DNA from: an uncultured Candidatus Rokubacteria bacterium | GTDB taxonomy: Bacteria; Methylomirabilota; Methylomirabilia; Rokubacteriales; CSP1-6 | Direction: 5' to 3' | NCBI GenBank assembly: GCA_963771355.1 | Contig: CAVYTA010000005.1 | Coordinates: forward strand, 96,001 to 160,000 | DNA: 64,000 nucleotides | Shown: piece after piece, positions 56,892 to 64,000 of the stretch | How the letters are laid out: the number at the start of each line of letters is the position of its first letter | How positions within the stretch are numbered: the first letter of the stretch is position 1 | Notes under the pieces: generated by a model | Told to the model about the DNA's origin: nothing | The model's input: only the letters and a program-made list of their open reading frames with translations | Databases searched by the model: none | Translations under genes and position numbers: made by a program

Positions 56892-58136
56892 CGTGACGGG
56901 CGGCAGGCTCACGACGAAGCAGCTCGGCGGAAGGCCCCGGCCGACGTAGCGCGCCTCGCCCCCATGTCGGCGGGCAATCTGGCGCACGAGGGCCAGTCCC
57001 AGCCCGGCCCCGCCGCTCGCCTCCGTCCCGCCGATCCGGCGGAAGGGACGGAACACGTCCTCGCGCGCGGCGTCGGGAATGCCGGGCCCGTGGTCGCAGA
57101 CGGTGAGCTCGACCGCGCCGCCCACGGCGCGCACGTGTACGTCGACCGGGGGCGCGCCGTGCCGCCGGGCGTTCTCCAGCAGGTTCCGGATCATCCGGCG
57201 GAGCAACCGCGGGTCACCGCGCACCGTCACCGGCTGCCCGGTCAGCGCCGTGTGCTCGTAGCGCGCGCACTCCTCGCTGGCGAGGGCGAGCAGGTCCACC
57301 TCCTCGTCCACCTCCCGTTCGACGACGGCCTCGAGGCGGCTGGCCAGCAGGATCTCGTCGATCAGCACGTCGAGCTCCGCGATGTCGCGCTCGAGATCGA
57401 GCTGGCGCTGGGGGTCGGCGTCCGTCTTCACGAGCTCCACCGCCATCCGGATGCGGGTGAGCGGGGTGCGCAGCTCGTGGGAGGCGTTGACGAGGAGGGC
57501 CTTGTGGGCGCCCACCAGCTGCTCGATCCGGCCGGCGGCACGGTTGAAGCTCTCGGCGAGCTGCGCCACCTCGTCGCGTCCCTCCACCCGTACCCGAGCC
57601 GCGAGGTTCCCGGCGCCGAGCGACTCGACGCCGGCCTGGAGACGCTCCAGCCGGCCGGTCAAACGGCGCACCACCGGGTAGGCGCCGACGCCGACGGCGA
57701 GCGCGAGCAGCACGAGCGTGAAGAAGAGGGGCGCGCCGCCGGGCCGATGCTCGGGCCGCACGCGCGCCACCAGCCACCGGCCGTCGCGCAGGTGGATCAC
57801 GCCCGCCGGCGGACCCCACGCGCGCAGCCATCCGCCGCGCTCACGGCCCGGGTCGGGCGCCGGGAGCGGCGCGCCGACCGAGGCCAGCGGGGTGCGGTCG
57901 GCCGCGAACAGCGCGACGTCGGCGCGGAGGTTCGCGGCGAGTCGCTCAAGCGCAGCCTGCTGCTCGCCGGGGGACGCGTCGCCGGACGGCAGCACGTTCT
58001 GGGCGAGCACGCCGGCGACCTCGAAGTGGTGGCCGCCGCCGTCACCCAGGTAGCGCCAGAGAATCCCGGCCACGAGGGCGAAGACCACGAGGCTCACCAG
58101 GACGGCCAGATAGATCCGGAGGTAGAGCTTGCGCAT
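56874..58136 (-). CDS. Sensor histidine kinase (HAMP-HisKA-HATPase)
   Basis: MRKLYLRIY start, two TM segments, SHELRTPL, NLLENA, DHGPG, GAGLGLA. Confidence 0.93.
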   Translation of the reverse strand: MRKLYLRIYLAVLVSLVVFALVAGILWRYLGDGGGHHFEVAGVLAQNVLPSGDASPGEQQAALERLAANLRADVALFAADRTPLASVGAPLPAPDPGRERGGWLRAWGPPAGVIHLRDGRWLVARVRPEHRPGGAPLFFTLVLLALAVGVGAYPVVRRLTGRLERLQAGVESLGAGNLAARVRVEGRDEVAQLAESFNRAAGRIEQLVGAHKALLVNASHELRTPLTRIRMAVELVKTDADPQRQLDLERDIAELDVLIDEILLASRLEAVVEREVDEEVDLLALASEECARYEHTALTGQPVTVRGDPRLLRRMIRNLLENARRHGAPPVDVHVRAVGGAVELTVCDHGPGIPDAAREDVFRPFRRIGGTEASGGAGLGLALVRQIARRHGGEARYVGRGLPPSCFVVSLPPVTSAARG

Positions 58137-58822
58137 CAATCTTGCTGCCGGGCGAAGACGTAGCCGGCCCCGCGCACCGTGAGGAGGCGGCGCGGCCGCT
58201 TCGGGTCGTCCTCGATCGCGGCGCGGATGCGCGAGACGTGAACGTCGATCGACCGGTCGAAGGCGTCGAGGCCTTCGCCCCGGACCAGGTCCATCAGCGT
58301 GTCGCGCGACAGCACGCGCCCCGCCCGCTCGGCCAGCGTCACCAGAAGCGCGAACTGATGGCCGGTGAGGGGGCGCTCCGCGCCGTCCACCCGCACGGTC
58401 CGCGCGTCGCGGTCGATATCGAGCCGGCCGAAGCGCAGGATGCTGGACGAGCGGGCCGGCCCCTTCCGTCGCAGGATGGCGCGCAGACGGGCCAGCAGCT
58501 CCCTGGGCTCGAACGGCTTGGGGAGATAGTCGTCGGCGCCCACCTCCAGGCCGACGACGCGATCCATCGCGTCGCCCCGCGCCGTCAGCATCAGCACGGG
58601 GGTGTCGGAGAACGCGCGGAGCTTCCGGCACACTTCCAGGCCGTCGATGTCGGGCAGCATCAGATCGAGCACGAGCGCGTCGTACGGCTCGGTCCCGAGA
58701 CGCGAGAGCCCGGTGCGGCCGTCCCCCGCGACCGAGACGCGAAAGCCCGCCTCGCCGAGATACTGGGACACCATCTCGGCGAGGCGGCGGTCGTCCTCGA
58801 TCAGCAGGATGTGCGGTCCCAC
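58136..58822 (-). CDS. OmpR/CpxR family response regulator
   Basis: LLIEDD, LDLMLP, GADDYLPKPF, RSIDVHVSRIR, TVRGAGY. Confidence 0.95.
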   Translation of the reverse strand: MGPHILLIEDDRRLAEMVSQYLGEAGFRVSVAGDGRTGLSRLGTEPYDALVLDLMLPDIDGLEVCRKLRAFSDTPVLMLTARGDAMDRVVGLEVGADDYLPKPFEPRELLARLRAILRRKGPARSSSILRFGRLDIDRDARTVRVDGAERPLTGHQFALLVTLAERAGRVLSRDTLMDLVRGEGLDAFDRSIDVHVSRIRAAIEDDPKRPRRLLTVRGAGYVFARQQD

Positions 58823-58831
58823 ACGTCCAGT

Positions 58832-59377
58832 CTACCCGCGGTGGCCGTGCCAGCGCCCCACCCGCTCGGCGAGCTGCTTCCGCTGCTCGGGGGTGAGCAC
58901 GTCGGCGACGTCGGCGAGCGCCTGGGTGAAGCGTTTGGACGCCTGCTCGGCCAGCTGGAGCTGGCTGGCCCGCAGGGACTCGAGCGCGGTCCGGTCGATG
59001 CTCGGCTGCGACAGGAGCGTGACGGCCTGCCGCCGCGCGTCCCGCATCTGATCGCGCATCGGCAGCAGGTCGCGGGTGGCGGCCTTCACGATCGGCCCGA
59101 GCCGCTGCTTCTGGGCGTCGGTGGCGTCCACCTCCACGTACAGGTGCTTGAGCATCCGGTCGAGGTGCTCGTCCAGCTTGGCCGGATCGAGATGGGCGCC
59201 CATCAGGCCGCCGCGGTGCCAGCCGCCGAAGCCGTGGCCAGAGGCGAAGGCCTTGAGGCCGATTCCGGTGGCGAGGACGGCGACGGCGGTGATGAGGGCG
59301 GCCCGCCTGAAGAAGCGGCGGCGGGGGGTGCCCGCGGAAGGAGCGGGCGTCTGCGGGGTCTCGGTCGTGTCACTCAT
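58832..59377 (-). CDS. Spy/CpxP family periplasmic protein
   Basis: Twin-Arg-like signal RRRFFRR, helical body, ATDAQ and LTPEQR motifs. First gene of the RR/HK operon. Confidence 0.85.
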   Translation of the reverse strand: MSDTTETPQTPAPSAGTPRRRFFRRAALITAVAVLATGIGLKAFASGHGFGGWHRGGLMGAHLDPAKLDEHLDRMLKHLYVEVDATDAQKQRLGPIVKAATRDLLPMRDQMRDARRQAVTLLSQPSIDRTALESLRASQLQLAEQASKRFTQALADVADVLTPEQRKQLAERVGRWHGHRG

Positions 59378-59436
59378 GGCGGATCTCCTTTCGAAGTCAG
59401 CCTGCCCGCGCCGCGTGAACCGCGCTTGTCTGGCAG

Positions 59437-59451
59437 GTAAAGTTTTGTGAA
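59437..59451. promoter_or_regulatory. CpxR-like binding box
   Basis: GTAAA-GTTTT-GTGAA versus the consensus GTAAA-N5-GTAAA, 60 nt upstream of the cpxP-like start. Confidence 0.6.
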
Positions 59452-59559
59452 GCCTCGCCCAGGCTAGAGGACGGGGCGACCGGCACCAGGGCCGTGCAGT
59501 TGACTACGCTCCAAGCCCGTGCGAAAGAGATGGACGGGGGCCGGGGCAGGATCAGCTGA

Positions 59560-59973
59560 ATGAAGGAGCTGAGCGTGAATGACAAGCCGGCCAGTCTCGT
59601 GCGGCGTGGAGCGCGACTTGTGCTGGTACTCGCGGCCTTAGTCGTGATGATCGTGGCCGGATGGACATGGCTTACGTTGTCGTGGTCATACTCCGTCGGT
59701 GAGCGCGCCGGCGTGTTGCAGAAGTTTTCCCGGAAGGGCTGGATCTGCAAGACCTACGAGGGCGAAGTCGCACAGTATGTGGTCAGCGGTGTCGCACCGC
59801 AGATCTGGTACTTCAGCGTGCGTGATGAAGCGGTGGCCCAGCAGTTATTCAAGGTGGTGGGGCAGAATATGCAGCTGCGCTACCGCGAACATCGTGGCAT
59901 CCCCACCAATTGCTTCGGCGATACACCCTACTTCGCGGAGAGCTTCACCATCATTCCGGCCGCGACACGATAG
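59560..59973 (+). CDS. Conserved hypothetical single-pass membrane protein
   Basis: TM segment followed by YSVGERAGVLQKFSRKGWICKTYEGE and YREHRG...GDTPYF. Confidence 0.75.
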   Translation: MKELSVNDKPASLVRRGARLVLVLAALVVMIVAGWTWLTLSWSYSVGERAGVLQKFSRKGWICKTYEGEVAQYVVSGVAPQIWYFSVRDEAVAQQLFKVVGQNMQLRYREHRGIPTNCFGDTPYFAESFTIIPAATR

Positions 59974-60043
59974 GGGTCTGACGCCCCCCTCCCTTGACAC
60001 CGCTCCCGTGAGGCTGTCTCATGACGCCAACCGGGAGGTGTGG

Positions 60044-61051
60044 ATGCGCTCCGATCGGGTGCTGGCGACGACGGACTTCCATACGGCGGGGATCGGCATG
60101 CGGCTCCTCACGAGCGGCCTGGGGCGGCTACCGGGCGTCACGATCGGCGAGAAGCGCCGCTGGTTCGAGGAGCACCTCGACCACCTCCGGACCGGGCTCT
60201 GCCTCGAGCCCCGCGGCCATCGCAGTCTCCTGATCGCGGTGATGACCGAGCCGGTCACACCCGGCGCGCACTTCGGGCTCTTCTTCATCTATCCCGGGGG
60301 CTACTACGTCTCCTGCGGCGAGGGCACCATCGGCGCCGCCACGGTGGCCATCGAGACCGGGATGATCGAGCGCCAGGGCGCGGAGACGCCGGTTCTCATC
60401 GACACCGAGGCCGGGCTCGTCGAGACGGTCGTCCGCTCGGACGGTGATCGCGTCGCCGAGGTCACGCTGCGCTGGACGCCCTCGTTCGTGGCGCTCGCCG
60501 ATCAACGGATCGAGGTCGAGGGGATCGGCGAGATCCCGGTGGACATCTCGGTCGGCGTCGGCAACGTCTTCGCCGTCGTGGAAGCCGGGCGGTTGGGCCT
60601 CGCCGTTCGCCGCGAGCAGGTGGGGAAGATCGCCCAGCGCGGGATGGCGGTGCGCGAGGCGGTGAATGCCCAGCTCCACGTCGACGTCCCCGGCCTGGGC
60701 AAGACCACCGTGGACAACGTCCTCGTTCACGAGCTGCCCGACGCCGACCGCGTATCCCCCAACGCGCTGGTGTGGGGCCCAGGCCAGGTCGATGCCGCGC
60801 CATGCGGCTCGGGCACGTGCGCGCGCATGGCGCTCTTCCGCCACCGGGGCCTGATGACGGTCGGATCGACGATGATCAGCCGCGGGCTGCTCGGTCTCGA
60901 CTTCCGGGGCCGGATCGCGGGGGACACCACCCTGGAAGGGCGGCCGGCCATCCTGCCCGAGATCACCGGCACCGCCTATCTCACCGGCTTCAGCCAGTTC
61001 CTGTTCGACCCGGCCGACCCGCTGCGCGCCGGCTTCCTCCTCGACGCGTGA
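60044..61051 (+). CDS. Proline racemase family protein (divergent motifs)
   Basis: DFHTAG, LEPRGH, SCGEGTIG, DAAPCGSGTCARMA, ITGTAY, DPLRAGF. GGGAGG RBS. Confidence 0.88.
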   Translation: MRSDRVLATTDFHTAGIGMRLLTSGLGRLPGVTIGEKRRWFEEHLDHLRTGLCLEPRGHRSLLIAVMTEPVTPGAHFGLFFIYPGGYYVSCGEGTIGAATVAIETGMIERQGAETPVLIDTEAGLVETVVRSDGDRVAEVTLRWTPSFVALADQRIEVEGIGEIPVDISVGVGNVFAVVEAGRLGLAVRREQVGKIAQRGMAVREAVNAQLHVDVPGLGKTTVDNVLVHELPDADRVSPNALVWGPGQVDAAPCGSGTCARMALFRHRGLMTVGSTMISRGLLGLDFRGRIAGDTTLEGRPAILPEITGTAYLTGFSQFLFDPADPLRAGFLLDA

Positions 61052-61123
61052 GACGACAGACTCAGACGGAGACGCTTACCTCGCGTAAGCCTGCCCGCCG
61101 GCCTTCTTAGCGCCGCGCTCGCC

Positions 61124-61711
61124 TCACGGACTCGGGCGGCCCCACAGCCCGCGCGCCACGCGGGCCTCGAACCAGTGGCCGTACGGATGCAGCAGCGGCG
61201 TCTGCGCCAGCATCCACGCCCGCGTGCGCCCCTTCGCCCAGAACTCGGTGAGCCAGCCCGCGTTGGGGCCGACCGCGCCCAGCTCGTTCGCGACCCGTCC
61301 CACCCGGTCGGCCGGCACGACGTCCGTCAGGCTCTGGCCGCGGAGGCTCTCCACCACCTCGAGCGTCGCGCGAGAGACGGCCTCCCAGTACTCGCGCAGA
61401 GCATCGAGATCGATCGCTCCGCACAGCGCATCGACCTCCGCGTCGGTCATGCCGGTGCCGACATCACGGCGGGAAGACTTCAGGCGGTCGAGCCAGGCGC
61501 CCGAGTGCATGACCTGCGGACGATCGGCGATGAAGGCGTTGACGCCGACGTCCTCGACGCGCGCCGCGTGCCACACGTTCCAGGCGATCGGGTTCACGCC
61601 CGGCTGCGGACGCCCCCGCACCTGCGCGGGCGACAGCCCGGCCATCAGGTCGTCGGCGAAAGTGCGGTGGAACTCGTGGTAACGAATCAGGAAGAAATCG
61701 AGCGCATCCAT
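61124..61711 (-). CDS. DinB/YfiT family protein
   Basis: NPIAWNVWHAARVED and HPYGH metal-binding His pattern. Confidence 0.8.
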   Translation of the reverse strand: MDALDFFLIRYHEFHRTFADDLMAGLSPAQVRGRPQPGVNPIAWNVWHAARVEDVGVNAFIADRPQVMHSGAWLDRLKSSRRDVGTGMTDAEVDALCGAIDLDALREYWEAVSRATLEVVESLRGQSLTDVVPADRVGRVANELGAVGPNAGWLTEFWAKGRTRAWMLAQTPLLHPYGHWFEARVARGLWGRPSP

Positions 61712-61825
61712 CGGGCGCCTCCCGCGGGAGAGGATACCACGCACCGTGACCGCCTCGTGTCCGCGGGATAGGAGGATCTTGTGTCTCCCCCGCGTCCCTT
61801 GACACCGCCTCCGCGGCGCGCTCTC

Positions 61826-63088
61826 ATGGCGTTCGACATGAAGACGCTCGTCCTCGGCGGCGGCGTGGTCGGCGTGACGACGGCATACTTCCTGGCCAAG
61901 ACCGGGCACGAGGTGACGCTCCTCGAGGAGAAGGAGGGCGTCGGGCTCGAGGCGACCGCCGGCAACGCCGGCATCATCGCGCCCGGGCATTCGTTCGCCT
62001 GGGCCTCGCCGCGGGCGCCGCGCATGCTCTGGCAGTCGCTGCGGGGCGGCGAGACGGCCATCCGGGTGCGCTTGAATGCCGATCCGCAGCTCTATGCGTG
62101 GGGCCTCCGCTTCCTGCGCGAGTGCACCACCACGCGCGCCCGCCGCAACACGCTCATCAAGCTCCGCCTCTGCCAGTACAGCCAGCGCGTGCTCAACGAG
62201 GTGGTGCGCGCCGAGGCGATCGAGTACCAGGCCATTCACCGGGGCGCGATCTATCTCCACCGCGATCCGGTCGAGCTCGAGGCGGGGATCAAGAAGATGG
62301 CGCTGCTGGCCGAGCACGGGCAGAAGCAGGAGATCCTCGACGCCGATGGGCTCGCACGCCTGGACCCCGTCTTCGAGCCGGTGCGGACCAAGATCGCCGG
62401 CGCCATCCGCGATCTCGGTGACTCCAGCGGCGACTCGCGGCTGTTCTCGGAGGCGCTGGCCCGCATCGGTCGCGACCGGCTCGGGGTGACCCTGCGATTG
62501 GGGACACGGGTGATTTCGCTTCGCGCGGACGGCGACCGCATCGATGGCGTGGTGACCAGCGACGGCGTATTGACCGCCGACAACTACGTGCTGGCGCTCG
62601 GCGTGGGCGCGCCGATCGTCGCCCGCACCGCGGGCGTGAGCCTGCCCATCTATCCGGCCAAGGGGTACTCGTCGACCTTTCCGCTCAAGCCCGGCGGCCG
62701 GGCGCCGGCGATCTCCGGCGTCGACGAGCAGTGGCTGGTGGGCTGGTCGCGGCTCGGCGACCGGCTGCGGCTGACCTCGACCGCGGAGTTCGCCGGCTAC
62801 GACTGGGGCTGGACGCCCCGCGACTTCAACAATATTCTGCGCCTGGCGCGCGACCTCTTCCCGGAGGCCGCCGACTACGAGCGCGGGGAGTACCGCGCCT
62901 GCCTGCGGCCCATGACGCCCGACGGGCCGCCCATCCTCGGGCTGGGCCGCCACCGCAATCTGTTCCTGAATTGCGGCCACGGCCACATGGGTTGGACCAT
63001 GGCCTGCGGGACGGCCCGCATCGTCGCCGACCTCATGAACGGGCGGATGCCCGAGCTCGACCTCGAGGGGCTGACCGTCCGGCGCTGA
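61826..63088 (+). CDS. dadA: D-amino acid dehydrogenase
   Basis: VLGGGVVG, TAGNAG, IYPAKGYS, LRPMTPDGPP, GHGHMGWTMACG. Confidence 0.9.
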   Translation: MAFDMKTLVLGGGVVGVTTAYFLAKTGHEVTLLEEKEGVGLEATAGNAGIIAPGHSFAWASPRAPRMLWQSLRGGETAIRVRLNADPQLYAWGLRFLRECTTTRARRNTLIKLRLCQYSQRVLNEVVRAEAIEYQAIHRGAIYLHRDPVELEAGIKKMALLAEHGQKQEILDADGLARLDPVFEPVRTKIAGAIRDLGDSSGDSRLFSEALARIGRDRLGVTLRLGTRVISLRADGDRIDGVVTSDGVLTADNYVLALGVGAPIVARTAGVSLPIYPAKGYSSTFPLKPGGRAPAISGVDEQWLVGWSRLGDRLRLTSTAEFAGYDWGWTPRDFNNILRLARDLFPEAADYERGEYRACLRPMTPDGPPILGLGRHRNLFLNCGHGHMGWTMACGTARIVADLMNGRMPELDLEGLTVRR

Positions 63089-63097
63089 CGCCCGCCG

Positions 63098-63643
63098 TTA
63101 CTTGGGGACGTAGGTGATGCGCTGGCCGTCGATGCTCGCTTCCGCCATCGCCCCCGCCGTCGGCCTCACGAAGACGGCGATACCGTCGACGAAACGCCTG
63201 TTCGCCGCGGCGCCGGTGGTCGCGATCACGGCGGTGGCATTGGCGCCGAAGTCCATCCGGTTCTCCTTGAATCGCTCCAGGGCGGCCTTGTCCTCGAACA
63301 CGATCAGCTCACTGTAGGTCTGGCCTCCGAGCTGGAGCCCCAGGGAGCCCTGCGTGATGTCGGCATAGCCGACGTGCTGTCCCTGCTCGTACACGACCCC
63401 GCGGCCGTAGGCGCCCCCGATCCCCGCCCCGCCCTTGGTCACCTCGGGGAAGAAGGCGAAGCCGTGGCTCGTGCGGGCAAACGCTTCGATCTGCGGATCC
63501 AGCTTGTTCCACTCCTGCTGCTCGGACGCGGCGGTCCGGGAGAGCTCTTCCTTGGCCTCGGGGGTGGGCGGCGCGGTGCTGCAGCCGACCAGGAATGCGG
63601 TGGACAGCGCGACCGTTGCGAGCAGACGCGTCGATGTGATCAT
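63098..63643 (-). CDS. Ysc84/SYLF-domain lipoprotein
   Basis: Lipobox LVG-C, FPEVTKGGAGIGGAYGRG, SLGLQLGGQ. Confidence 0.85.
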   Translation of the reverse strand: MITSTRLLATVALSTAFLVGCSTAPPTPEAKEELSRTAASEQQEWNKLDPQIEAFARTSHGFAFFPEVTKGGAGIGGAYGRGVVYEQGQHVGYADITQGSLGLQLGGQTYSELIVFEDKAALERFKENRMDFGANATAVIATTGAAANRRFVDGIAVFVRPTAGAMAEASIDGQRITYVPK

Positions 63644-63829
63644 GGCGTATCCTCCCCTCCGGAAAGTGTAGAGAGGAGTGGCGCGATGTCAATGCGCCCG
63701 GAAGGCCTTAGAACAATGGGTCTCGCTAAGCGCGGGGCCCGAGCCGGCGCCACGCGAGCAAGATCAGGACCCGCCGCTTCCGCTACAATCACGCTCAGGT
63801 CAGTCCGAGGCGGTGAAAGGAGACGAGGC

Positions 63830-64000
63830 ATGCTATCGATCGCGAAGCCGGTCATTCCCAGCGCACATCCCCTGGATCCCCTGAGCGCGGCGGAGGTGGA
63901 GCGCGCGGCCGAGATCGTGCGGACCGAGCGCGGGCTCGGGTCGCGCACCCGATTCATCTTCACCATGCTGCACGAGCCCGAGAAGAAGGTGGTGCTCGCG
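63830..64000 (+). CDS. Copper-containing primary-amine oxidase, N-terminus only
   Basis: Not in the ORF track. Manual translation MLSIAKPVIPSAHPLDPLSAAEVERAAEIVR...LHEPEK, where HPLDPLS..E and L.EP.K are typical of this family. Confidence 0.75.
   Translation, partial: MLSIAKPVIPSAHPLDPLSAAEVERAAEIVRTERGLGSRTRFIFTMLHEPEKKVVLA

Noticed and set aside
61712..62986. Long N-terminal extension of the DinB ORF, and similar extensions on livF, the histidine kinase and the proline racemase
   Set aside because: These extensions overlap real genes. Downstream starts with an RBS or gene coupling fit better.
1..64000. tRNA, rRNA, prophage, IS or integrase
   Set aside because: None was recognised by eye. 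A tRNAscan/Infernal/ISEScan run would be needed to exclude them formally.

Overview
This is a very GC-rich bacterial chromosomal window with about 55 genes. The gene content and a long palindromic intergenic element suggest Candidatus Rokubacteria/Methylomirabilota, but that is inference only. Most of it is ordinary scavenging metabolism: six amidohydrolases, TauD, a BBE-type FAD oxidase, two SDRs, two VOC proteins, a polar amino-acid ABC system, TRAP, two LIV-type ABC systems, a DUF1989 pair, a proline-racemase-like enzyme, DadA and the start of a copper amine oxidase. It also carries an NHEJ locus (ku, ligD, DUF72) and a Cpx-like CpxP/RR/HK module. The best candidate for an undescribed system is a tightly coupled three-gene operon at 7104-11540: patatin phospholipase, signal-less S8 protease with a long unknown N-terminal region, and an Avs1a/ComEC-like MBL hydrolase. 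It looks like a protease-gated defence or conflict system. A ~3.5 kb sulfotransferase plus sat-cysC cassette splits an ABC operon between two copies of a ~200 bp duplicated junction. A PrsT-like TPR gene and a divergent PEP-CTERM gene carry a dense, local cluster of frameshifts. Several gene remnants and sigma-54- and CpxR-like sites are also visible. I saw no tRNA, rRNA, CRISPR array, transposase or integrase. All family names come from motif recognition by eye, not database searches.
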